DNA of 64,000 nucleotides. Origin: Trypanosoma brucei (lineage: Eukaryota). Shown one piece after another: positions 9,780 to 21,900 of this stretch. Under the pieces are notes generated by a model. The model was not told where the DNA came from and did not search any database. It saw nothing but the letters and a program-made list of their open reading frames with translations. The stretch lies in contig CH464491.1 in assembly GCA_000002445.1 (NCBI GenBank), forward strand, positions 960,001 through 1,024,000, written 5' to 3'. Numbering within the stretch: position 1 is the stretch's first letter; each line of letters opens with the position of its first letter. Position numbers and translations under genes: made by a program.

Positions 9780-11554
9780 TTGCGTACTTAACAATACTTT
9801 GCGGGACAGATATCGCGCTCTTATGACTTCGTGAATGGGGGCAAAAGAAAAAAAGGATTGTTTCATGGTAGGTGTTGGTTCACTTATACATTAAAAGAAT
9901 GTGCCACTGCCATTTGTTAAAGGTCAGTTCCACAAGTATCATCTACCAGATTGCGCTAAATATGCTTGTTGAAGGAATAACATGTCATTCCTTCATCCTG
10001 TCTCCTCGGTATTAATTCACTTATCTCCATGTGTTTTCGGTGGTTGGAGGGCCCGATGGCGCATGTGCTGGCATCCCTCCGTCGTGGCCACTCGGGTGGT
10101 GTCTGCTACCGGTACCGTTGGGGCGATTTAACAAAGTTCCGTGTGGCGACTGCGCTCAGGCGCTTGGGAGGTGACTGTGTGTAAATACGGAAATGACGGT
10201 GAACCCTTCAACAACGCTGGTGGTTTCCACGCTTGGTCTGAAGGGTCCTGCGGAAGGCAACCACGTTTCCAGGACACCGTTCTATACACGTGCAGACTGG
10301 CGAAACTTTCTGCGGAATCATTCTAAATGTTTGTGGCATGTTTTGCTTTGCAGATACCTTTTGTTGTACAAAAAAGGTGTCTTCTTCCTCTTGAGGAGGG
10401 AGAGGGAGGAGCAACTGACCTTTGACTTCATTTTGAATCAAAACGCGGATAAGCAAGTGTGAGTTGCCGGGCCCGTGGCTAGCAGATGCACAGTAGCATA
10501 TAACTGCGCTTCAAGGAGTCACTCTATACCTCTTCAAGCTGCACAAGCGCGAGAATTAGTGGTATCTACATTGTGCTGTTTCATGTGAAATTTCTGGAGT
10601 TTACTTCATCGCCCCGCAAAACTACGGACTGAGAGCAAGTACGTGATACTGAAGGCAAGAAACAAACTGCTGAAGGCGGAAACCCCTAGTTTATTTCCCG
10701 ATCGACCTTCCCTGTTAGCGAAGGAGCGCAACCATCTTTACCGGTTGTCGTAGGAAATTAGTGGAAACATCGACTGTACACAACCTTTCCACATTGTTAC
10801 GGGTATGGTTGGGGCGATTCGGCTGTCGATGAGCGAAGAGGAATGGCGAGCAGCGAGTGCTCGTTCACACTACCTCTGTGCCATTGAGTTTCCTATAGGA
10901 ACCACGGCGTGAAGCATTCTGCCTTCTTCGGGTTTATAAGCGGTTACGACTGTTGCGGTGGGGTCCACAGCACCGCATGTCTCACTTGCCTTTACGAACG
11001 AGTTGAACAGATGCTACTTTCTTCGTCGTAAACACGTGGTGTGCTGGACCGAAAGAAGAAGGTAGGCACATGCCTACCGATAGGTCACTCAGTGGCACGC
11101 TAATTAAAGTAAATTCTCTGAGAAGCCTGTGGACTGGTGAAATATCTCTGCTTGGGAAGAAGAGAATGACCAGGGCCTCCGATTCTGGTAGTTTTTCCAC
11201 CACTGCGTGGACGGCTGAAAGAGTCGGCAATACGCAATGTCTTCGTGTGCTTCCTCACTCACGTTACACATGCGTATGTGGTTCAGCATGGGGTTATAGT
11301 TTTGTTGCAGCTTTATTCTTTCTTTCTTGGTCTTATTGACGCCTACATAAGATCTAACTGGAAAATATGCACTGGACATTACGCTGCAGTTCCTGCGCAT
11401 GTATTTACATGTACCTTGCTACATGCCTCGTGTTTATTTTTCCCCTTTAATTCTGTCTCAATTATCTCCTTTAATGTCCTTTGTATATAACGTGGTGCTA
11501 GGAGTAGTTCCCAGATTTGTCGGATACAACAGTACCACCAGGTGATCAAGATCA

Positions 11555-12028
11555 ATGGCAGACGGTAAGGCAGAAAATGAGTTGATGGAAATTGAAGAAA
11601 TCGCCGTTTCAGACGGAGGGGCCGCTCGCTTCGCACCAGTAGAAGTGAAGAGCGGTGAGGAAAAGTACAACATCGTTTGGGAGGAAACTGGGAAGCTTCT
11701 GCGCTTCGATGAGGGTGAGAATGCGTGGAAGGAGCGTGGGCAGGGCATGGCAAAGATACTACAGAAGAAGGAAGACAGTGGGGTGTACATGTTCGTATTC
11801 CGCCGTGAAGGTGTTGGGAAGTTGGCGGCCCAGCACTACTTACTTCGTGGCATGACGATTAAGGTGCATCCACAGAGCGAAAAAGCACTTCTGTGGACGG
11901 CGTTCAAGGACTACAGTGATGATGAGGAGGGGTTCCCCGAGAGGTTTGTGCTTCGGTTCGCCTCGAAAGAATTAGCTGATAGCGGGTTGAAGGCGTTCAA
12001 CGATGCCCTTTCCAAAACCACCACATAG
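11555..12028 (+). CDS. RanBP1: Ran-binding protein 1 (RanBD1 domain)
   Basis: 157-aa ORF. The RanBD1 hallmarks appear in order: KLLRFDEGENAWKERGQGMAKIL, VYMFVFRREGVGKLAAQHYL, HPQSEKALLWTAFKDYSDDEEGFPERFVLRFASKELADSGLKAFNDA. These match RanBP1 family motifs (WKERG, acidic FADE-like patch, RF..e.A..F). Confidence 0.85.
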   Translation: MADGKAENELMEIEEIAVSDGGAARFAPVEVKSGEEKYNIVWEETGKLLRFDEGENAWKERGQGMAKILQKKEDSGVYMFVFRREGVGKLAAQHYLLRGMTIKVHPQSEKALLWTAFKDYSDDEEGFPERFVLRFASKELADSGLKAFNDALSKTTT

Positions 12029-12296
12029 ATTGCATCCCTCGTGTTTGTTGTTTCGCTTGGTTTTGAATGTGATGTGCGTGTGTGCACTGTTGAAATCTCC
12101 CTTTTTTTATGTACGTCCACTTCCTCATTCTCATCTCTCCTCCTATTTGTAACGAGCTTCCTCGTTACTTTCTTTTCTCTTAACTCTTCGTTTTCTCGTC
12201 GGAACTTCGGCATATGTGACGGTGGAATTATCCACGTCGCGTTGGTCTTGAGGGGCCGAAGGAAGGGGGAGGGAGTGGTTCATTGTGTCGTCTGTT

Positions 12297-12314
12297 TGTG
12301 TGTGTGTGTGTGTG
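12297..12314. repeat. (TG)9 microsatellite abutting a G-rich block
   Basis: Direct read. It is followed by gcgtggagggggtggggaagggtggg at 12315-12340. Confidence 0.9.
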
Positions 12315-12760
12315 CGTGGAGGGGGTGGGGAAGGGTGGGTGATGGTCAATGGCGATATCAAGAGGAGAAAGCAACGCACTTTGCCGCTGATGTTGTCGTT
12401 ACGGTCACGCCAACCATTTGCAACTTCCCCCATCCCTCCCATGAATTTATCACTATACAGTGGCTCCTTGTTGGAGAAGAGGCTAAATAATGGTAGTCGG
12501 TGGGTGAGTGTGTGCGGACATGTGAAAATAGGTATGAGAGAAAAGGGAAAGAAGAGAGGTAACCGCAAAAGGGGAGAGGAGGAGGAGGAAAAACTCTAAG
12601 CAACGTAATAAACTGTGTAAGTGATGCGGTGGGGGTAACTACATACAACTGCTGACGGTTTGGTGCTACAGGTACATAAGTGTGTGTTCGTTGGGGGACA
12701 CTCTTTCGCGTGTGTTTTGTATTGTTATTTTCAGTGGCTACTTGGCTTCTGCCGCATGAT

Positions 12761-12810
12761 ATTTTATTTTTTTTCTTCGTTTATTCCGGTGGTTTTCTTT
12801 GTACTTACGC
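12761..12810 (+). promoter_or_regulatory. Polypyrimidine tract, candidate trans-splice signal for the HECT ligase gene
   Basis: A T-rich pyrimidine run (attttattttttttcttcgtttattccggtggttttcttt) lies about 180 nt upstream of ATG 12986. Confidence 0.4.
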
Positions 12811-12985
12811 TCGGGACTGCCTCGCGTGCACCGCAGGCAAATCACCAAGCCTGTGTCTGTAGAGTACGGAACCGACGTCAGCTGCGAGAAAGCAGCAAAA
12901 TAAGCAAAAAGAGGGATATCCCAGTTGAAGAGGGGATTAGAAAAGAGTTTGATAGCATTCCTTCTAACTTCACCAGAGATTTACC

Positions 12986-15900
12986 ATGGATGGTCTCAGC
13001 ACACAATACTTGCAGATGGCGAACGGCCCGCAGAGCCAGATGCATGATCCGGTATCTGTGGTGAATTTCGTAGACCAAATGCAACTTGCTTTTGAGAGAA
13101 GCACGGCCCCGCGTAAGAACTTCCTCCTTGACAGCACAACGCCTCGTGGTGATGCTATCATTACTGAAGTTTCTGCAATGAAGCCAGGGAACGGCTGGGT
13201 CACACTGCAGGTAACCGAGGGAATTAGGCGTGGTGTGCACGAATGGGGTGTAACCATTGAAAACCAGGGCGAGACCACAGACGGAAGTGGGCTCATGCTT
13301 GGAATAGTTCCCAAAAGCTTCTCAAAGTATGATTCCTTCATTTCACAAGGTGGTGGCTGGTGTCTAAGCCGCGCCGGAAAGTTTTACGGCCATTGGAGGA
13401 GGCACGAGGCGAACGCAAGCGTTACTTTTGGTACAGGTGACCGTGTCATTTTTATTCTGGATTACGAAGCGGCACGCATGACGGTGCGGGTGGGCGATAA
13501 GTATGTTGTGGGTGAGATTAGCAACATTGCTCCCGAGGTGTTCCCGGCGGTATCCCTGCATTATCGGCACCAGTTTGTGCGGTTTGAGTACCGCAAGGTG
13601 CATGATCGGCAGTCAAAGAAACTGAATTGGATAGAGAGACTTGCATTCCCTCACGCAACGGTGTTCCTACCACTGACAAGGCAACAATTAGAAGATGTAC
13701 CACTAGGTTCATACGTTTTTAGTCCACTATTCGCCGAGGGGCAGGGATGTGCGCCGCCGCGGAAAAGGCAGGGAGAGCATGGGCCAGCAACTGGCGAATC
13801 TCTTGACACTGAGGAAAGGGGAGCGAAGTTGCATTGCGATTACGAGGCTCACAGCGCTGCAAAGGCACGGTTGACTGTTGTTCTTCGCGCCATACAAGCA
13901 GTGAGACGCTACTGTACGAACGGTGTTGTGGCGGCACACACTTTTCTTGACCGAAACGTAACGGCAGAAATGCTGCGAAGTCAACGACACGCCTTAGCAA
14001 CTCGCGGGTCCGATCGGCGCGGCGGAGGGGACGCCGCAGTGGACTGCGGGGCGTTAATACTTATCCACATGTTTTCGCACTCCAGCATGACAATCACTGG
14101 TGTTACTATGTTACCGGTGCTGCGTAGCTTGCAAGAGTACCTTCGTAGTGTTGACCTCTTTAGCCTCAGTGAAGCATCTGTTGGTTGCACTAACGCGGGG
14201 ACCATCGTTTCTCCAGACGTTGTGCGGATGGCAGCAGATAACGTAGCTGGGCTCATTGACCGCGCTCGTAGGAATGAGTGTGATAGCAGCAATGATACGG
14301 CTGTCAGTGGTATGGGTAGCACAGATGCTAGCATCAGTTTGATTCCCGGTTTGACGGAACTCCTTGTACTGGTGGCACTGCAGTGTGGTACGGTGTGTGA
14401 AGTACTCCGTGCCGTCAGGGTGCTGCTGCGCGCACCCACAAGTGATGTTTCACCCGAGATGCTCACTTGGTTGCGGTTGAATAAGGCAGCGCTCACACCG
14501 AAATGTTACCTACCTAAACTTCACGAAGCCTATGACGCTATTGAAGAGGATATGGAGCATGTTACGCCCTTCGCTCCTACCATAGAGGTTAAGGTTATTT
14601 CAGTAGGTTATCATCGTGGAGCAATATACGTTCATACAGCTGACACCCTCCGTAGGTGGGGTGTTTTTGTTGGGGCATACACACCAACATCCACGACAAC
14701 CGAACCTAGGAACTGCTGCCTCAACTGTACCAGCTCCAGTATCGCTTTTATGAAGGACGAAGGGGTCATATTCCACACTGATCGTATGGCGGGTGCCGGC
14801 ATTGCTGTGGTGGTCTATTCTTCATCACTTGAGATCCAGCAAACGGTGATGCTTGCCAGTGTGCCACAGTGGCCTACGACGTCCAATTATGTGCGCATGT
14901 GCTCTGGGCCCGGCCACCACATATTGCTTGTGTACGACGTGCCTCACTCGGACACATCGTCAGCATTACGAGGAACGGCAGCTCCGGTGCCATCGACAAC
15001 CGCGGGAACGTTGACGGACGACGCAAGCAAAGCTTCTGCTACTGGAATCGAGGTACAAGTACTCAATGGCAAAAAGTTTCCGGAGGTAAAGTGGCGTACG
15101 AAACTTCAATTTCCACCATTCGACAACACAACAAGATCGTGTGTGACGTTGCGCAAAGGAAGCGTCATTGACTTTGGCAACCCTGAGACGTACCTTAACA
15201 CCACAGGTGGTCACATAACTGTGGAAGTGTGGATAAAAATGCTTGATAAGAACGATGTTTCCGTGTTTTACCAGCATGGTGACCGCAGCACAAGTGGCGA
15301 AGTATTTCTCGAGACGGCACGGCTGGAGGGGGCGTGGCGGATTCGTGGTGGCTATCGTCACGACTATCGTGGAATGTGTGTCGTTTCGGCGCCATTTAAC
15401 CCGGCTTCCGAGTCCCGTTTCGTTCATGTGGCGTTGGTGTTCGACGGAAACTGGCGACTTCATTTTGATGGTGAAGAGGTGTCGCGTACCAAACAGTGCC
15501 TCCAGGTGGCACTTGAAAACCCCCGGCAGCGATGGACAGCCGGCAATGACTGCGTTTGCCAGTTGGCGGGGCTGCGGGTATGGAAGGGGGGGCGGACATT
15601 TCGCGAGATTGCCCGTGATTCCTCCCGTGTTCTTGGTGGAGATGAGCCTGGTCTGGTGTGCCAATACCTATTCAACGAGCACAACGGAAACGTCGTCTAC
15701 AACCATGTGAGGGGCGAAGCGGCTGCGGGACGTCACGCCATTGTCCGGGGGGCATTTTCTCGCACTGTGTGCAACGATCATCCACTTCTCGCTTCTGCAC
15801 ACAGCGAGCCGGCACTCGGGACCTCGACGGTGCGTGTCACAGCCCCAACGTACGATCTACCTAAACTAGAGCATGCTCATGTGTTCTATGACGGTGTACA

Positions 15901-18900
15901 TCTTGGTATATTAGAACAGAAGGAGCGAGCATTTCATGGTTTTGCTGAGATGAAATGTCTCCACCAGGCAGTGTTTTTTGACATTGAAACTGGTCGCGGA
16001 GTGTATGGGAGTTTCATGCTTCGACATCGCTACAAGCTAGGTCTCCTCGGGTGCGATGAAAATGGCCGTTACTGGGAGCTATTTCAGGCAGGGGGGCAAC
16101 CAAACGTTTCTTTGTTTGGTCAGCAGCAGCAGCAGGCGCAGTTACCTGCAACCGTTTCAGCAGGTACACTCTCCGTCTCCCCGAGCGCAGTGCTGGAAGA
16201 GGACCACATCGCGTGGCACGACAACTTGGAATTTTTATCCTTCACTAGCTCAGTTAAGTCCGAAACACCGGGTGATGCCCCGAAGGGATCCATTTATGGG
16301 GACATGGGTACCAGCTCACCAACCGACAATGACATCAATACCCAGCATATGAGCTTTGGTGCATTGGCGATTTGGTTGTTGAACCTCCTTTCTTCGTTCT
16401 CGGAATCAAACGACACTGCGTCCACCAATTCCCTGTTTAGTCCACTACTTGACGATGTGAGTGTTCGCTGTGTGCAGGAAATACGGCAGTTGCTGCACGA
16501 ACACTGTCGCCCAGTGAAGTCCATCAGCTCGAGGCGTTCCCTGAGTCTTAAGGACAGTACTTCCACCATTGCCATTGGCACTGCCATGCGCATCCTTCTG
16601 CGCCTTGTGAGACGGGTGCGTGATTTCAGAATACATCCGGACACGATTGGACTTTCTGAAGCTGCTTCTGTCGGTGATCTCAGAGGTGTTTTTCGTGAAC
16701 TTAATGCCATCCAGCGCAGGCGTAGTACCGATTGGTCTAAAGCTGGCGATTCCTTTTTGACTACGCCAAGTCAGGCAGCAACGATGGCGAAGGCGGCATT
16801 GTCAGTACCGCCAAAAGACATATTCAACAGCATTTCACCAACTTATATACCACATGTTGGATTGGGCTTACTTGGCATTCTTCTTGACATCATAAATGAG
16901 TCGGGCTTAAGTTTACCCACAGAGTTGGGTAGCATAGCTTGCATCATCGTAAACGAAGGTGTAACACTTTTCTTCCCCACTGCGGTGGTGCGTGCCAATC
17001 TGCTACGTGAAATACTCGGAAAGGAGGAAGAGAGCATGACTCGGTCACCGGCTCTGAGTGTGCTTCTTCATGCTATTGTAAGGAGTTTTACTGATGTAAC
17101 ATCTGCGGCGTCCCTTCTTCAGATCACAGAACCCGACAACTGCATTCCGAGGCGAAATGATGGCATCGAACCGAACCGAAGCAAAAATGACGATACCGCG
17201 GCAGCCTATGGAAAGCTCGCTGCAGTAAAGAGCACACTTTCAACGTTAGTTGTAGAATGTACACAGCAGGTAATGCGCCAGGCTCCAAACAATCTGCGTC
17301 AGTCCCAACTTTCCCTTCTGTCGACAATGGCTGAGGCAATCGGGGTACTGCAGATGCTGCTTTTTAGTCACTGTGATGAGTTTGGGACAGTGGATGTACA
17401 CGAAAAGATGAACAAAGGTATTGAAAATATGCATTCACTCCACGGTGTCGTTGGACTTGGTACGACGGCAAGAGATTATTACACGGAACTTTTTGATAAT
17501 GCGGGGCTAATTTTCGAAACATTTGCGCAACGACTTGAGGTGATGTCATTGGGAGAGGAAAAGGAGACATCCGGAAGAGTTTCTTTTGTTCTCGATGTGC
17601 TTGGTAACTCCTTCGTTGGAAGCCCACTTCACACAGCTATTACCGCCTTGCCCCTTATGTGCTCTCAGGAGGAATCTGGGTGGTTGCTTGGGAGACTCAA
17701 CCACTTGTCGCTACGGTATCGCGCACTTCTTTGCTCACTTCGCGCAAGCATGACAACGGGAACAACACTTGGGTCACACCGTCCACTACATGTCCTCGAC
17801 ACCGCCCTGTCGTTGGCATCTTCGTGGGTTGCATCCTTCATGTCATTAGGACAAATATCGGCACCAACAATACGGGAGGAAAGTGCTTCCCCGTCCCACT
17901 CAACTGTCTCGACACCGCCTCACGACAACGCGACTGATGCACCGTCTTGTGAATTATCCGCCACCCTGAAGGAAATCTGTGACCACCCTCTGCTTGCTGC
18001 TGGAATAAAAAAAGACGACGACAAAAATGATAAAAAAATGGAAGTTCTAATGAAGCTTCAACAGCGGCAGGCCGAGTGGCAGTCCATTGCTCGACGGGAT
18101 GTGGTGCTTGCGTCCAAGACGCCGGTGGAGATTGAAGAAGTGATATCTATGGCTGCAATCGCAGTTGTTCATCTTAGCAGTGCGAGAATAGAGGTTCTCG
18201 CCATGAACGAATGTATCGAATTGCTTGCAAAGACATTGGTACGCCTGAAAGGACTAAGGAGTGGATTACTGGATAAACGTTCCAAGAGTCCCGGTGACTT
18301 TTTAGCTGTCCAACAAAACGCGAAGGAGTGCTGTCATTTCCTGCTGCGTGTGGCAAGAGTATCGGACTCTACAGTGATTCAAATGCCATCCCTCTATCTC
18401 GCTCGGACGTACGCGGATCGAGCGCAGGGGGATCCTAAACGGCCTGGCAATGTGAACGTCGACAATTGGAAACGGGCAGTCCTCATTATGCGGATGAAGC
18501 GGCTCTACCATCGTGCCCTTGTCTATGGCTGGTCATTGATTCAGATTCCCGCCGCAGTTGCACTTGTGGAACGTATCATTCTCTCCCCCGAAATAAAAGC
18601 ATCAGACATGCGGGAAGCCTTCGAAGAGAGGGAAAGGGGGGCGCTCAGGCGCTTAAGTGGTCTTCAGCATATGTACCAGCTATTTCAGAATAATGCCCGC
18701 CTTGGTTGTAAGGTTGCATCACTTCTTTTCAATGGTCGCGTGGGTGGAGGCCGACATTTTGAGCTTGGCATATCCGCGTCGGGTGATTCCACGCGTTGTA
18801 GCTACCGACAAACGATGTATGACATTATTCGGCGACTTTGTGAGATCACACGGCCGATAACAAATCACAAAGGCTTCCCCGAGGCAACCACTGATGGCTC

Positions 18901-21900
18901 TGCATCACCTGCGTCGTCTCCACGAGGAGTTGTCGAACCGTGTCGATCAGCTACGCTAAGCGAGGTACTCAACAGGCAGTGGCTTCCCAGTGATTTTTGT
19001 TTCTTCAGGGAGGTCCGCGTCGTGGAAGTAATGTTCCTTTCGTTCTGTAGCATATTCCAACCAAATGCGTCTGAAACGTTGCGGCATGAACGGGCACTGG
19101 AGCTGTCGCACCGGGGGGCCGTTAAGGGGAATAGAACCCACCCGGTGGCTGGCATCGGTGGGAGCAACAACGGCACTACCTTTCCAAGCTCTACCACTGC
19201 TATGAGTGGTGGTCGTACGAGCGGGAGCGGTAGACCTCTTGCTGTTGTCGCGCCCGGGGGTGTGGGAGATGAAGGAAATGAACAGACGTTGCAGCGCACA
19301 CCGAGCGAGTGGGCGTTGCTGGAATCTCTCAATGCCCTCAAGTCATTGGGACTACAGTGTGCTGCTGCGCTGGGTGATGAGAATGCGGCACCGAACGAGG
19401 TGCGTGGCTGTGTTAATTTTCTCGACCTCGTTTTTGAGGTGCTCGATGAGGAGCTACGTAAGTGCGCTTACTATGCATCACAGCCGTACTACCATAGTCA
19501 AGATCGCGTACTGGAGCACATCGGATTGCTGTGTACTCTAATCAGCACGTTTGCCCGAGCGCTTCCGGCTGGCTTTATTTGCACTGAGGTTGTCTGTCCA
19601 AAAGCGGCGTTTCTGGCCTTCCGCCTTTGGTTGGTGGCTGATGTAATGGTATTAGCATCCGCAATGAATGTGGGAGCCTGTCCACTGGCGGAGGTATGCG
19701 TTCACACCAGTATTTTGCTACTTCGTCACTGCTCGCCCGCTGCTGTCAACCCATTGTTTACCAAAGAGAGTATTATGAGTGTTGTGCGGAAGTTACTACC
19801 CGCCGTAGCCGCGGATTGTGCAGCTGTAGGCTACTTTTTTTCCTTTGCAATACGTTGTGTCTCTGGGGACAGTAGTACGGGTGGCAGTGGTGCAAGCGGG
19901 AGTGCGCTCGGTAATTTCGGTGACATTGGGATAAGCTGTGTGGCTTCGCTACATGCACTTCTCTGCAGTCACCCATGGGATGAGACATTCTCCGCCATGC
20001 GTGGGCCTTTCTTGGCTGACCTCGCAGACTCGGCAAATGGCGGAGAGGCCATGCGTCCGAACGGCGTTCGTCTGCTCATGTGGATTTATCTCATCGGGGG
20101 GCCTCCGTCTGCTTCGTTAGGTCCTGGCAGGAAGGTTTTCATGTGTGTTGACGAAACGCTAGCAGCAACCGAGGAAGCTTACATCGTCGACTGCAACGCG
20201 AAGGCGGGCACAGCAACCGTCTTGCCAATACAAGTGGGCGCATTCACCGAGGAACATGAGGTTCCCCTCGACAACCTCATCAATGCGTCGCAGGATGAGG
20301 TTCTACTTCCCCGCTCTGAGGTGTTATTCCAGTTCCTACTTCCAGCCTTGGAACAGTGCTTCTCACCGCGACTTCGGCCACATTCTTCGCCCCTCCCGTG
20401 GGCTGTGATCGCCAGCCTGCTGCGCATCACACTCGCCGTCTTGAAAAAAGATCCTTCTGCAAGTTATGTCCTGCTTGAGCGGGGGATCATCGCGCAAGTG
20501 GACGATTTCGCGTTCCGGACACCTGCCAAAACCCCGTTACCGTTGCGGTATCTTTACGAGATGTGGCCGTTGCTCCTTCCACAGACAATGAATTGTCAAC
20601 AGCGGGCATTGTTTGATGCTGTCACCTCTTCCTCGAAGGATAATGATGCAAAGGCTCTATCATCCGGCTATGTATATCCGGTACGTACACCATGCCACGA
20701 TATCCAAGGTCCGCCTTCTGACCCTTCTGCGCACACAGCAAACTCGCTGTTTAGTGTAGCAGCTGCGGCTAGATACTCGGTACTTCCCCGTTTGGATGTT
20801 GAATGCAGCAACGCTGACGTGGATGATTACAACGGCAGTGGGAACATGGGGGGTAGTCCGGCCAATATTAGTGGGAGCAGCGTCGGTTGCACTGGTTCAC
20901 CTCCGCTGTTCTCCCGCCTACAGCAAGCACACTCCTCGCTCTGTCTTACACCCTCTGTTCTGTGCTTCAGTGGAGCCAGGGGCGATCCAGCCGGAACACT
21001 CATCATGAAGGGTGTCAGTAAGGATAGCTGCATCCCACCTTGGGCGGACGGTATAACCATTGAGGCGAGTGTCCTTCTGTATGACCGCCTTTTCCCCGAG
21101 CTGGGCGAAGCGTTCGTAATCCCAGCTTCCTGGGGCCGCCCACCAATTTCTTTCTCACTGTTTTCCTTGTACGAGAAGAAAGGAGACGGTCGAAGGTCGT
21201 TCCTGCGAGTGGTGCTGGACGAGGCGCGGATGGATTGTATCATAGAAACGGCAGCAGTATCGGCAGTGGTAATATCTACGAAACTTCTTCAGGAGGATTG
21301 GGACCATTGGATTCATTTAGCAGTGGTCATCGATAGCAAAAGCATAACGTTGTACAAAGATGGTGCTGGGGTAGCGGCGGCCCTTCCCAAGCACTTGGGT
21401 GTATACCTGGAAAATCTGTTTCGTGAAGGAAGCGTAGACCGGCTTGTTATAGGAAATATTAGTTCTGATGGAAAGAGAACTGGTCGGGGGGTCGTGTCAG
21501 TGGACGAAACCGACAGTGATGAAGCCAGTAGCAGTGGTGGTGGCAGGAGCTATGGCAAATCATCCAACGGGGTTGTTGTGGCTCTCGACAGTGTGCGGCT
21601 GTGGGGATGTGCGCGTTCTATGAAGATGCAGCGATCGGCCGCCGATTTCGTTGCGCGGGAACAGACGCTCCCGGTTTACGGTGTAAACGATGGTTCCAAC
21701 GTTACCTTTCGCTTTTCAGAGGCCACCGGAAACGAGACTTACGCTGAGAAGTGCGAGGGAGTGGGGGTGCTTAGCGGTAGTGTGCGCTGGGCCCCCTTCC
21801 CCGTTTTCTCCAGCAACGTTAACCTAGACAAGGTTCAGCGCACTGACGTGGCCCCACCTACTGCCCTACCTCTTTTCATTCCACGGCGTGAGTTTGAAAG

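Noticed and set aside
14966-15664. Long antisense ORFs inside coding regions. Examples: 14966..15664 (-) in the HECT gene, 36332..37090 (-) and 36915..37607 (-) in the P/Q-rich gene, 33278..33805 (-), 42705..43166 (-), 56489..56992 (-).
   Set aside because: Shadow ORFs on the strand opposite much longer, motif-bearing genes. Kinetoplastid transcription units are unidirectional, and the biased coding composition suppresses stops in antisense frames.
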